In this document: in pieces, positions 1-8,870 of the stretch | How positions within the stretch are numbered: position 1 is the stretch's first letter | Layout: each line of letters begins with the position of its first letter | Origin: Candidatus Saccharimonadales bacterium | GTDB taxonomy: Bacteria > Patescibacteriota > Saccharimonadia > Saccharimonadales > UBA4665 | Assembly (NCBI GenBank): GCA_044227625.1 | Contig: JBGAWL010000001.1 | Location: 6,735-70,734, forward strand | DNA length: 64,000 nt | Direction of reading: 5' to 3' | Made by a program: the position numbers and the translations under genes | The notes under the pieces: generated by a model | What the model saw: only the letters and a program-made list of their open reading frames with translations | Told to the model about the DNA's origin: nothing | Databases searched by the model: none

Positions 1-120
1 TAAAGCTTCGTAGAATAAATCATATCGAAAATGTGTTCTTTCTAATGCGTTCCACTGGTTCAGACCATGAAGTAGAATGTCCTCCGAAGCCTTGCGCGAA
101 GGAGGATTTTTTGTATATTA

Positions 121-369
121 TTGCTACCTGTGTATTACGTCTATCTGCCAAAAAGTCAGCGGTTCAATGAAACATATGTCGGTATTACTTCCAATTTACG
201 ACAACGTTTTACCGATCATAATGCCGGTCGCAGCAAACACACGAGCAAGTACCTTCCTTGGGACTTAATCGCTTACACTGCCTTTACGTCAAAGAAAAAA
301 GCCATTGCATACGAGCGATATCTTAAAACCGGTTCCGGTATCGCCTTTCTAAGAAGACATTATTTATAG
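121..369 (+). CDS. GIY-YIG nuclease family protein (UPF0213-like small stand-alone domain)
   Basis: 82 aa. YYVYL...TYVGITSNLRQRFTDHNAG...YERYLK follows the GIY-YIG pattern (Y-x-Y, G-x-T, R-x-x-x-H, E). AGGAGG lies at 100-105. The exact start is uncertain (TTG at 121). Confidence 0.7.
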   Translation: MLPVYYVYLPKSQRFNETYVGITSNLRQRFTDHNAGRSKHTSKYLPWDLIAYTAFTSKKKAIAYERYLKTGSGIAFLRRHYL

Positions 370-373
370 GGAT

Positions 374-393
374 TTATCCCCAGGTTATCCACA
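374..393 (+). promoter_or_regulatory. Two tandem DnaA-box-like 9-mers (TTATCCCCA at 374-382, TTATCCACA at 385-393)
   Basis: The second 9-mer matches the TTATCCACA consensus exactly and the first has one mismatch. They share orientation and start 11 bp apart. No further boxes were seen nearby. Confidence 0.3.
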
Positions 394-514
394 TCATAAA
401 ATGCTCGTGCTTGCAATGGTTTGCGTAGGAGCGTAGAGTAGTAACTACCATCGTTGAGGTGGTCACCGCCCTTCGGGGCAGTGTGCGGGGAGTCACCTAG
501 TGACAATCCGCATG

Positions 515-550
515 AAAAAGTCCGGCTTGTCCGGGCTTTTTCATTTTTCT
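515..550. terminator. Bidirectional rho-independent terminator between convergent genes
   Basis: AAAAAGTCCGG-cttgt-CCGGGCTTTTT hairpin (one G-T pair) with an A-run upstream and a T-run downstream. It sits between the 3' ends of the GIY-YIG gene (+) and folA (-). Confidence 0.6.
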
Positions 551-606
551 AGACACAAGTTTCTATTGCGTTACGTATTTTGGGCTATATATAAGCCAGG
601 GTTATC

Positions 607-1116
607 TTAGTTTTTCATACGCTCGTAAACCTCAAATGTATACTGCGGCTCATCTACACCTGGCGTACCCGGCCATGATTTTATGAGCGTGAAGTTTCGT
701 AGTCGCCCCATGGGGTAAAACTTGTCACAGTCGTAGTCTGCATGCACGCGAGTCAGGTAGATTTGGTCTGGCTCCACCTCGGCAATGCTGCCGTTCCATA
801 CATCTTTACCGGCAGCGGCCATATCTGTGAGAAAATCTTCGAGCGAATGAACGATAGTCACGTCCGGTTCGTCTGGTAAGTCATGTGTAGTGAGTACATA
901 CAACTGGCGTCCAGCTGGTGGCCACGCGCCTACGCCGTGTCGTTCGACTAACCCCTTTTTCATAGCCTCGTAGGTGCCACGACCAATGAGCAGGTTGCCG
1001 CCAAACCGTTTGCTCTGTTCGTGAAAATACGTAAGGTCTTCTGGAATAAACCATGGGGTTTTGCCGCCTTTTGCCATACCACCGCGTTCGTCCACGGCTA
1101 TAATATCTCGTATCAT
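607..1116 (-). CDS. folA: Dihydrofolate reductase
   Basis: 169 aa. The N-terminus IIAVDERGGMAKGGKTPWFIPEDLTYFHEQS...LLIGRGTYEAM fits the DHFR pattern (I-x-A, lpW, D-x-x-x-F, GR-x-T). It overlaps the stop of the upstream folC. Confidence 0.85.
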   Translation of the reverse strand: MIRDIIAVDERGGMAKGGKTPWFIPEDLTYFHEQSKRFGGNLLIGRGTYEAMKKGLVERHGVGAWPPAGRQLYVLTTHDLPDEPDVTIVHSLEDFLTDMAAAGKDVWNGSIAEVEPDQIYLTRVHADYDCDKFYPMGRLRNFTLIKSWPGTPGVDEPQYTFEVYERMKN

Positions 1117-2474
1117 CGCAGTTCCTTGTGCGTCTCCCGCAGCTGCGAAATGAGGAAGAAAGAACCCGTTATAACACCAATATCTTGAACGTGATGGAGG
1201 AACGTTTCATATGCCTCCTTTTGACTGTGTACGGCACTACATTTCACTCCATTTGCCTGTAGCACGCTGGTGATTTCACTTGGTTCTATGGAAAGCATTG
1301 GCAAATCCTGTGTTTTGGTAAAGGTCGTAACTATGACCTCGGCGGCGTGGTTTTGCAGTAGCGGAACAATATCGGCTATTTCTTTACCCTGCTTAAGAGC
1401 GAGCAGTACGACTGGTTTTACGCCAGGATATTTTGTGACAAAACTCTGCCAAAATGCAGTCATTTTCTGCCCGTTATGGGCACCATCCATGATGACAGTC
1501 TTGTTCTCCAGTACACGCACGTCCATGCGCCCTGGCACTTGTAGTTCCATGGTTTTTTGCAACTTTGTCGCAGAAACATCGCGTAATTCGTCTCGTTTTA
1601 CCAGAAATTTGTAGGCCGCGAATGCCAGCAGCCAGTTGCGCTTCTGGTACTCTGGCATACCTGTCGGGAAATCACCGTGGTACGCTTTGCGCAGCCTATC
1701 TTGCTCAAAAGTAAGCAACTCGGCGTCTTCTTGCTGGCTCACCCAGTAGCGCACCACTGTCATGATTTCTGGATTCTGCTCACACATGAGTGCAGTGTTG
1801 CCATCGTGAATAATCCCTGCCTTTTGGTAGGCAATTTTGCCCAGAGTAGTTCCCAAATGCTCCATGTGGTCATAACCAATGTCGGTGATAACGCAAAGTT
1901 TATCAGTGCGGGCCGCAATGTTAGTAGAATCGTCCAGCCCGCCCATACCGGTTTCTATTACCGCATAGTCAGCCCGTTCTTTTTGAAAGACCCAGTAGGC
2001 AAACGCTATTAGTACTTCAAAGCGGGTCGGCTGCTCTGGCGCATCGCTCAGTAGCTCGATGAACTCGCCGAAGTATGCGGCAAACTGTTTCTCAGAAAGT
2101 GGCAGGCCATTTATTTGAACCCGTTCGTTCATTCCGTCTACGTAGGGCGAGATGGTAGTACCAACTTTAGAGCCCGCGGCTACAAGTAGTGCAGTGATGA
2201 AATACGAGGTAGATGTTTTGCCGCTGGTACCTGCCACATGTATGACACGAAGCGATTTTTCTGGGTTCCCGAGGTGGGCCATTAGCCGTTCTGTGCGACC
2301 AAGGGTTATGTGTTTACCAACAGTGCGCTTCGAAACAGCATCATACGGACGCAGCGCCGCATTCACCTCAGAAAGAGTGGTCATTTTCACCCCATTACCA
2401 TACCACGGGAGTCTCAAAGAGTCATGACTTATGAGACATGAGTCAAGCGGCTTCGAGAATAACATTAACTTCAT
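1113..2474 (-). CDS. folC: Folylpolyglutamate synthase / dihydrofolate synthase (Mur ligase family)
   Basis: P-loop VIHVAGTSGKTSTSYF, with Mur ligase middle and C-terminal domain patterns. The true start is probably the internal Met at 2384 (MTTLSEV...). Confidence 0.85.
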   Translation of the reverse strand: MKLMLFSKPLDSCLISHDSLRLPWYGNGVKMTTLSEVNAALRPYDAVSKRTVGKHITLGRTERLMAHLGNPEKSLRVIHVAGTSGKTSTSYFITALLVAAGSKVGTTISPYVDGMNERVQINGLPLSEKQFAAYFGEFIELLSDAPEQPTRFEVLIAFAYWVFQKERADYAVIETGMGGLDDSTNIAARTDKLCVITDIGYDHMEHLGTTLGKIAYQKAGIIHDGNTALMCEQNPEIMTVVRYWVSQQEDAELLTFEQDRLRKAYHGDFPTGMPEYQKRNWLLAFAAYKFLVKRDELRDVSATKLQKTMELQVPGRMDVRVLENKTVIMDGAHNGQKMTAFWQSFVTKYPGVKPVVLLALKQGKEIADIVPLLQNHAAEVIVTTFTKTQDLPMLSIEPSEITSVLQANGVKCSAVHSQKEAYETFLHHVQDIGVITGSFFLISQLRETHKELR

Positions 2475-2521
2475 CGTAGTAGCTCACCTCTGTTCGTCAT
2501 GCTATACTTTCACTTGGTCGC

Positions 2522-2598
2522 GCGCGCGTAGCTCAGCTGGATAGAGCGTTGGTTTCCGGTACCAAAGGTCGGGGGTTCAAATCCCTTCGCGCGTACCA
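2522..2598 (+). tRNA. tRNA-Arg (anticodon CCG), CCA encoded
   Basis: Hand-folded cloverleaf. Acceptor GCGCGCG/CGCGCGT, D arm GCTC-AGCTGGATA-GAGC, anticodon stem TTGGT/ACCAA with loop TTCCGGT, T loop TTCAAAT, 3' ACCA. Confidence 0.9.
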
Positions 2599-2603
2599 AT
2601 AAA

Positions 2604-2632
2604 AGAGGGGCTTGCCCCTCTGTTTGTATTTT
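2604..2632 (+). terminator. Rho-independent terminator after tRNA-Arg
   Basis: AGAGGGG-cttg-CCCCTCT hairpin followed by GTTTGTATTTT. Confidence 0.6.
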
Positions 2633-2664
2633 GGAGTCAATCCAAAATACGCACACTCCCCCTG

Positions 2665-2792
2665 AAGCTCGGCTGTCGCCTCGTTTATTTCGCTTATTCA
2701 CCTAGACGTTGATGCTTCGCTCATGCCTACAGAAAAGCCAAGACATCAGCCTTCTGCCCTAAAGCTCGGCTATGCCTCGTTCGCTTCACTCA
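2665..2792 (+). repeat. Imperfect direct repeat pair (2665-2700 and 2762-2792)
   Basis: AAGCTCGGCTGTCGCCTCGTT..CGCTTATTCA versus AAGCTCGGCTATGCCTCGTT..CGCTTCACTCA. The region is non-coding, between tRNA-Arg and the 3' end of the metallopeptidase gene. Confidence 0.4.
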
Positions 2793-2864
2793 TCGTATGA
2801 GGGGCTGGCCCCTCCGCTTCACATTTTGGAATTGCAAAATCTTTTAATTAACCACCTATGCGTA

Positions 2865-3722
2865 TTACTGGAACGTGTTGCAGCTGGTGAGTTTGCCGGT
2901 GTTATAGCCGGCGGTAAACCATTGGGTGCGCTGGGCAGATGAGCCGTGTGTCCAGGTTTCGGGGTTGCTGCGGCCTTGCGTGGCTTCTTGTATACGGTCA
3001 TCGCCAACGGCTGCAGCAGCACTGAGCGCTTCTTTGATTTCGTCGGGGTTTTCAAAAACACCAAGCTGCGAGAGCGAACGGGCCCATATGCCCGCGTAGC
3101 AATCGGCTTGTAGCTCTAAGCGTACCGATAACTCATTTGCCGCACCCTGGTCGTCTTGCTGGGCAGCGGCTACCTGCTCCATGGTGCCTGTAATGTTTTG
3201 CACATGATGCCCGACCTCGTGTGAAATAACGTAGGCTTGTGCTACATCGCCGCTACTGCCGCCAAACCGCCGCTGGAGTTCATCGAAAAATGTTTCGTCC
3301 ATATAAATCGTTTGGTCATAGGGGCAATAGTGCGGTCCAACGGCCGAACTAGCCGCGCCGCACGCAGACTGCGTTAGGTCCCGAAATAGCACAAGCTTCG
3401 GGGGTGTATACTCCACACCTTGCACGGCAAGTATTGCCTGCCAGGTATCGTTGTTAGACCCAAGCACTTTCTTGGTAAATGTCTCGTACTGGTCGGCACC
3501 TTGAAATTCGGCGGGCTGAGATGTCGTGGTCGGCTGCTGTTCGGCGACCTGGCCAAGAATTTGCTCGAGAACACTGCCGTTTTGCCCTGTACCGCCGCCC
3601 AGAAAAGCAAATGCAAGAAACAAAATGAGCCCGCCAACGCTCGTAATGGCTATACCGCCAGTCCCCATGCCCCGCCGGTCTTCTACATCTCCGCTACTGC
3701 CGATTTTATCCCACAAAGCCAT
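2865..3722 (-). CDS. Neutral zinc metallopeptidase, YpfJ family
   Basis: 285 aa. N-terminus WDKIGSSGDVEDRRG plus a TM helix, and the HEVGHHVQ zinc motif. This is typical of the PF04228 family. Confidence 0.8.
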   Translation of the reverse strand: MALWDKIGSSGDVEDRRGMGTGGIAITSVGGLILFLAFAFLGGGTGQNGSVLEQILGQVAEQQPTTTSQPAEFQGADQYETFTKKVLGSNNDTWQAILAVQGVEYTPPKLVLFRDLTQSACGAASSAVGPHYCPYDQTIYMDETFFDELQRRFGGSSGDVAQAYVISHEVGHHVQNITGTMEQVAAAQQDDQGAANELSVRLELQADCYAGIWARSLSQLGVFENPDEIKEALSAAAAVGDDRIQEATQGRSNPETWTHGSSAQRTQWFTAGYNTGKLTSCNTFQ

Positions 3723-3824
3723 GTTGAACTCCTTGCATATGAGAACAGTATACTATGCGCTACCGGTGCGACTGTAATGACCATCACATTTTTATTCCGA
3801 GAATATTATGTTATAATTATATAA

Positions 3825-4349
3825 ATGCTCCAGCTCCAAGCCCTCAATCGCTCACCGGATATTCGTGCATATGAGCACAACCACCCAGACACACCCCTCA
3901 TTATCGTTGCTAGTTGTGCTGTTGGCGCATACGCCAAAGCACTCAATATAGAGGCAGGGGCCACTACATTCGTAGTAAATGACATTGACTTGTGTGCACC
4001 AAAAGACACAAAAACCTTTTTTCAGGAAAGGGGTTGGCGCACCGAAACACACCGAGGCGTCGAAACAGTTCGCTGGGATATCCCCGTCGATGAACAGGGC
4101 CGTGTAATCACTATAGACATTGGCGAAAGCGCGCACGTCTGGACATATGAGAAAGTGTTGGGCCAAGCGGTAGAAATCGCAAACCGGCCTATTATGCATC
4201 CGAGGATGACCCTGGAGTGGTATGAATCGATGCGTAGGGACGATGTTTTATACCCTGATGAGCCTCGAGTGAATGATAGAACAAAAATAGAGTTTCTACG
4301 AGATAGAGTGATTCCTCGGCTCGGAGAATTGACCCTTTTCAAGCACTAA
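3825..4349 (+). CDS. Hypothetical protein
   Basis: 174-aa ORF with no recognisable motif. Its 3' end overlaps the next ORF by 11 bp. Confidence 0.5.
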   Translation: MLQLQALNRSPDIRAYEHNHPDTPLIIVASCAVGAYAKALNIEAGATTFVVNDIDLCAPKDTKTFFQERGWRTETHRGVETVRWDIPVDEQGRVITIDIGESAHVWTYEKVLGQAVEIANRPIMHPRMTLEWYESMRRDDVLYPDEPRVNDRTKIEFLRDRVIPRLGELTLFKH

Positions 4350-4980
4350 GAGAGTACTGCGTCCGTTCAACAAAGCTCTGTGGCTCACGAACACCGCTTA
4401 CCGCAGGGCCACCAAGGCGGTAAACATCACGCACCGGCATGCCCTGGTCTCGTCCAACAGCAACAAGTGCCTCATGGATGTCACCTTCAAACCTATCCTG
4501 CGCACCAGCAGCAATGTAAACAGGGTTTTCTGTATTGGCACACAGCTGCCACAGCCGAGCCCTTGTTTCGTCGCTCAGATTGTTTTGGTGTCCATCCCAG
4601 TTATCTATAACCCGTACCGTGGGATCCACCACTTCGTCACTTCTTTGCTGGTATCCGCCTGCAATCAGCCGTGTCACGGTGCGCTCACAGCCATCAGCAG
4701 AAGCTATTACCGCCCGAACAACTCGCAGTATCCGGCACTTAAAACCGAGTGCCCGCTCCAAATCTTCCCTAACAGTATCAATCTGTTCTCTCGGCACTAG
4801 CCCAATGCGCCTCAAATGTTCGATTGCCCCGTCCCGACGCTGCAGTATAGGGTCTGCGGGTTTCAACTGTTTTTCTAGGCTGGCAATAAAAGAGTCTACT
4901 TCCGCAGCAAAATCAATTTCTTGCGGTCTAACTGCCGAACCTGGAATTGAATTTCGAAACATTTCAGAAAAATTTGCCAT
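4339..4980 (-). CDS. Hypothetical protein
   Basis: 213-aa ORF with no recognisable motif and no signal peptide. Confidence 0.5.
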   Translation of the reverse strand: MANFSEMFRNSIPGSAVRPQEIDFAAEVDSFIASLEKQLKPADPILQRRDGAIEHLRRIGLVPREQIDTVREDLERALGFKCRILRVVRAVIASADGCERTVTRLIAGGYQQRSDEVVDPTVRVIDNWDGHQNNLSDETRARLWQLCANTENPVYIAAGAQDRFEGDIHEALVAVGRDQGMPVRDVYRLGGPAVSGVREPQSFVERTQYSLSA

Positions 4981-5044
4981 GTATTTGTTTTAGAAGCTCG
5001 ATCCTAATTATGCATTATATGCGATCGGCAGTCGATAATATTTA

Positions 5045-5602
5045 TCACAATGTAGCAGGCAAATTAGCCTTCGGTGCCAGTTGAGGCGAGTGCAACAACG
5101 CGTTATCAACAGCACCATGTATTAAATTTCTAAGAGTACCGCTGAATTCTTGTCCTGATAACACTTCGTCATGGACTGCCAAATCTACCGGCAGATATTT
5201 GCCATTTACTTTCGCTACTACTTCAACGGGTGTCTGCCATGCCGGAGTTGTATCTCTCGTTATTGGAACATTTTCGGTTACGGTCCTAATCTGATTTCTG
5301 TACACGGGTCTGCCTGAAGAATCAGAATCTGCAATTCGCATATTGATCTTTTTTTCTATGCGTTCCGATCTATGGGCGCGCGTACGCGTGAGAGAAATAT
5401 CCTGTACGGTAGCTCCCAACACAATACCGAATACCCTACAAAGTAGAGCTTTTTGAGATTCTCGCCCTGCATAAGTAACACCTGCAGTTTCAATACCTGT
5501 AAGGAGCCAGGAAAGTTCATCTACTACATGACGTTGGCCCCGTTCTGGGAATACAAGCACGTTTCCACCCACTTCAGGAGTAATTGAAGCTTTTACCGCC
5601 AT
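5045..5602 (-). CDS. Hypothetical protein
   Basis: 185-aa ORF with no recognisable motif. It lies upstream of 4339-4980 on the same strand. Confidence 0.5.
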   Translation of the reverse strand: MAVKASITPEVGGNVLVFPERGQRHVVDELSWLLTGIETAGVTYAGRESQKALLCRVFGIVLGATVQDISLTRTRAHRSERIEKKINMRIADSDSSGRPVYRNQIRTVTENVPITRDTTPAWQTPVEVVAKVNGKYLPVDLAVHDEVLSGQEFSGTLRNLIHGAVDNALLHSPQLAPKANLPATL

Positions 5603-5699
5603 ATGGTTTCCTCTTATTGTTTATTTGAGAGACTAAGCGCCTTATATCCATACCCTTTATACGCCCGGTGGGGAGGACGTGCTGTAATAAATCTCACAA

Positions 5700-6281
5700 C
5701 TACTTCACGAGGTTGCGCTGAATGATTTCGGCCAGTGCTGTGTAATTGCTGGCGCAGAGCCAAGTAGTAAGAGCAATAAGCAGCGGCAGTACAACAAAGT
5801 TTTCCATGCCTTTCCCGGTAGTCACGCGCAGGCGACGCAGCGGCGGAAAGCCAAATTTGAAAGGAATGGGCAGTAGCCATGGCACGCCTTCTTTGGTGAA
5901 ACTATCCATAATGAGGTGAGACACAACACCGGTCAGAAAGGCGCCCCAGACGAAATATATATCTATGTTCGGCATAATTGGCTGCAAAAACTGGAGCAGT
6001 AGCAAACTAAGCGCACCAAATGCCGCAACACCCAAAATAGAGTGGCAAAAGAAACGATGCCCACCCACCAGCGCCCCAAAAATCTTTCCAAAGTACCGCC
6101 CAACCGGTATATTGCGCCACAGTGGTGCCGTGGGCTGGTCTATGTCTGGCGCAATCCCGCCAAGCTGGTTTGCAAGCACCGCCGTCAGCGCCGTGGCCAC
6201 CGTAGTCTTCCCGGGCGGCACGGCCAGAATCCACACCGTAAGTGCAGTAAGAGCAGCAACATCATGCGTCCGTGCAGTCAT
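5700..6281 (-). CDS. Membrane-bound metal-dependent hydrolase, YdjM/DUF457-like
   Basis: 193 aa, multi-TM, with conserved His residues (THD at the N-terminus, GGHRFFCHS, SHLIMD) as in the YdjM family. Confidence 0.6.
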   Translation of the reverse strand: MTARTHDVAALTALTVWILAVPPGKTTVATALTAVLANQLGGIAPDIDQPTAPLWRNIPVGRYFGKIFGALVGGHRFFCHSILGVAAFGALSLLLLQFLQPIMPNIDIYFVWGAFLTGVVSHLIMDSFTKEGVPWLLPIPFKFGFPPLRRLRVTTGKGMENFVVLPLLIALTTWLCASNYTALAEIIQRNLVK

Positions 6282-6343
6282 GGTACTAGTGTATAGGTTT
6301 TGATGAGTAGTTTGTAGAGACCTCTTTCAACTATACTAGAAGT

Positions 6344-6850
6344 ATGAAACGTGACTTTAGCCAACCATTCACAGAAAATACCGCTGTATACTGTATTATT
6401 CACACACCAAAAGGCTACCTTATACAGTATCCACTCGATGACCCGCATGGCTCGGATTTTTATTCACTCGTACAGGTCGAGTACGACCGGCTAGAACAAC
6501 TATCCCAAGCTGTATGTCGGTCCCTCTATAGACTCGGTATCGTAGTAAACTCATTCCGCGAGCTTGCACGAAAGCACGCTCTTACCTACTCTTTTATTGA
6601 CGAGACTCCGGGTCTCGATACTGCGCAGCTTTGTTTATTCATCGATGCAGATCTGGCCGACAATTTTGTTATGGATGATGCCTATGATTCGACCCAGCCT
6701 TCGGTATGTTCGGCGTGCGAGCCTGGAGCCATACCCCACGGCAGAGAATTTGCCTTGTTTGTAGATATGTGTCAAAAATTAACGGAAAGTCCTTATTCTC
6801 CCGAGATAGTTAAAGCCGGGTTAAGCCTACTAGCACAGGAAGTAGAGTAG
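6344..6850 (+). CDS. Hypothetical protein
   Basis: 168-aa acidic ORF with no recognisable motif. Confidence 0.5.
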   Translation: MKRDFSQPFTENTAVYCIIHTPKGYLIQYPLDDPHGSDFYSLVQVEYDRLEQLSQAVCRSLYRLGIVVNSFRELARKHALTYSFIDETPGLDTAQLCLFIDADLADNFVMDDAYDSTQPSVCSACEPGAIPHGREFALFVDMCQKLTESPYSPEIVKAGLSLLAQEVE

Positions 6851-8455
6851 TTACGCATCATCGGCCTTCTTTAGCGGCCGTAAGTACTGCCGAAGTAAAA
6901 TTGCTTTCTTTTCGCCGACAATTTTAGCAAGTTCCCAGTCGCGCGCTTGCATAACACCTCGCACGCTCCCAAATGTTTTAATGAGTTTCTTGCGGGTTGC
7001 CGGGCCAATGGTGGGGATGTCGTCTAGCATGCTGGCGGTTTGCTGTTTTACTTTGAGTGTGGAGTGATAGCTCACAGCAAAGCGGTGAGACTCATCGCGT
7101 ATACGCCGCAATAGTTTCATGAGGTTGGTGCTGTGCGGCAAATTTACCAGTATAAAATCATCAGTTTCTGTCGTATAGCCACCCAGTTTATGCAGCACGT
7201 TTACATCCAACGCAACATTTGAACCTATCGAGGCCAAACTCTGCTCTTTGCCCTCTGCTCTCTGCTCTTTTTTTATGACAATCTGCTCTTCCCGCTTCGC
7301 CAGCCCTATCATGGGCATCATGAATCCCTGCGTCAAGGACGGACCCTGACGCAGTGCTGCGTCAGGGTCCGTCCTTGACGCAAACTCGGCGCGGGCGCGG
7401 AGCGCGGCGTCTAGCTGGCCTTTGCCGCCGTCTATTAGGAACAGGTCGGGCCTACCCCAAGCTTTCATATTTTTATCGCTCAGGCGGCGGGTGATGGTTT
7501 CGTGCATGTTGTAGAAGTCGTCGTTCTGCTGGCGGGTCATTTTGAACTTGCGGTACTGGCCTTTGTCGCTCACGCCGTTGGTAAAAACAACCATGCTCGC
7601 CACAACGTTCGTGCCCTGCATATGGGATATGTCGTAGCCCTCTATCCGTCGCGGAAATTTCGCTAGGCCCAGCAAGTCAACCAGCTCACCAAGCGCATGG
7701 TCTTTGCTGATATCCATAAACTCTTTGTCGCTAAAGATGACTTGGCGGCCAAGGTTTTGCAGTGCTGCCATTTGGTTTCGTAGTTTGGCCGCCAGCTCGA
7801 AGTTTTGGACTTTGCTGGCGACTTTCATTTCTTTCTCCACCTGGCGGATGATGCGCTCGCGTTTACCCTCTATGACGGCTATGAGCTTGCGCAAGTTTGC
7901 GCGGTAATCGGCAAGGTTAGTTTTGCCTTCTTCAAGCCCGGGGTCAAGGCCAAGGTGATAGTAAAGGCTCACCCGTTTTTGTCCAGTTGGTTTTTTGTAG
8001 GCAAAGGGGAAAATACGGCGCAGCAATTTCAGTGCCGCACGAACGCCCGTAGTCGAAAAGTATGGGCCGTAGTAACGTGCGCCGTCATCGAGTGGTCGGC
8101 GCGTGGTACTGACCGTGGGGTAATCGCTGTCATAGTCAATCCGGATGTAGCTCATGGCTTTATCATCGCGGAGCAAAATGTTGTAGCGTGGCATATAGCG
8201 CCGAATCATCTCGGCCTCGAGGAACAGTGCCTCGAGCTCACTTTCTACTTCCATCCAATCGGTATCGGCTATTTCTGCTACCAACGCCTCTGTTTTTGGG
8301 TCGCGCGAACGACTTGCCTGAAAATACTGCCGCACGCGGTTACGCAGCACCGCCGCCTTCCCCACGTAAATAATCTCCCCTAAGGCCGACTTATGAAAAT
8401 AAACCCCAGGGGTTTTGGGCAATGATTTTAATTTGTCTTCAAGCGCACTATTCAC
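6851..8455 (-). CDS. uvrC: Excinuclease ABC subunit C
   Basis: 534 aa. GIY-YIG N-terminus (GVYFHK..IIYVGKA..LRNRV), UVR domain (FELAAKLRNQMAALQ), endonuclease domain (IEGYDISH, LIDGGKGQ, IRDESHRFA) and a C-terminal (HhH)2 domain. Confidence 0.92.
   Translation of the reverse strand: MNSALEDKLKSLPKTPGVYFHKSALGEIIYVGKAAVLRNRVRQYFQASRSRDPKTEALVAEIADTDWMEVESELEALFLEAEMIRRYMPRYNILLRDDKAMSYIRIDYDSDYPTVSTTRRPLDDGARYYGPYFSTTGVRAALKLLRRIFPFAYKKPTGQKRVSLYYHLGLDPGLEEGKTNLADYRANLRKLIAVIEGKRERIIRQVEKEMKVASKVQNFELAAKLRNQMAALQNLGRQVIFSDKEFMDISKDHALGELVDLLGLAKFPRRIEGYDISHMQGTNVVASMVVFTNGVSDKGQYRKFKMTRQQNDDFYNMHETITRRLSDKNMKAWGRPDLFLIDGGKGQLDAALRARAEFASRTDPDAALRQGPSLTQGFMMPMIGLAKREEQIVIKKEQRAEGKEQSLASIGSNVALDVNVLHKLGGYTTETDDFILVNLPHSTNLMKLLRRIRDESHRFAVSYHSTLKVKQQTASMLDDIPTIGPATRKKLIKTFGSVRGVMQARDWELAKIVGEKKAILLRQYLRPLKKADDA
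7329..7382. repeat. Perfect 26-bp-arm palindrome (2-nt spacer) inside the uvrC coding sequence
   Basis: TGCGTCAAGGACGGACCCTGACGCAG-tg-CTGCGTCAGGGTCCGTCCTTGACGCA. Each arm also contains its own GCGTCA...TGACGC hairpin. The element is 54 bp, which is 18 codons, so it is in frame. Confidence 0.95.
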
Positions 8456-8471
8456 GTAATTATTGTAGCAG

Positions 8472-8846
8472 CTAAGATAAAGAACCTTTTTCAGCGCGAC
8501 GAGTTATCAACTTCAAATCTCTTTCAAGTCTGGCATTACGCGCGCCTGTAGATAGGCGTCGTCTATGTTGCGCATTGCTACCCGCAATAACTCTCGCTCG
8601 TTGAATTGCCCTTAATACATCATCGGAGATTACAGAATTGCTTTGTTCGGACGTTTCCTGAAATGCCGTTTCTGCATCGATAACCGCTACGCCTTCTTGC
8701 TCTAAGATACTCGCAACACCATCTACGATTACACTTCTATGCTCAGGATGCCCACGTAACTCGCTCGCAATGGCACTAGCTGCAAGTCCGACAACATCAA
8801 CGATTGGCTGACTGGTTATATCCTCTTTTGCTTCAATAGGTGTCAT
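8472..8846 (-). CDS. Hypothetical protein
   Basis: 124-aa ORF directly upstream of uvrC on the same strand. No recognisable motif. Confidence 0.45.
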   Translation of the reverse strand: MTPIEAKEDITSQPIVDVVGLAASAIASELRGHPEHRSVIVDGVASILEQEGVAVIDAETAFQETSEQSNSVISDDVLRAIQRARVIAGSNAQHRRRLSTGARNARLERDLKLITRRAEKGSLS

Positions 8847-8870
8847 AAGTAATATTTTAACATAAAAGTT

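Noticed and set aside
77-268. 63-aa ORF overlapping the GIY-YIG gene
   Set aside because: It is an alternative frame of a region whose other frame carries the GIY-YIG motifs.
374-393. Replication origin (oriC) at the DnaA-box pair
   Set aside because: There are only two boxes. No AT-rich unwinding element, no dnaA or dnaN nearby, and no additional boxes were seen in the surrounding 500 bp.
5614-5880. 88-aa minus-strand ORF
   Set aside because: It overlaps the 3' part of the YdjM-like gene in another frame. The intergenic remnant alone is too short.
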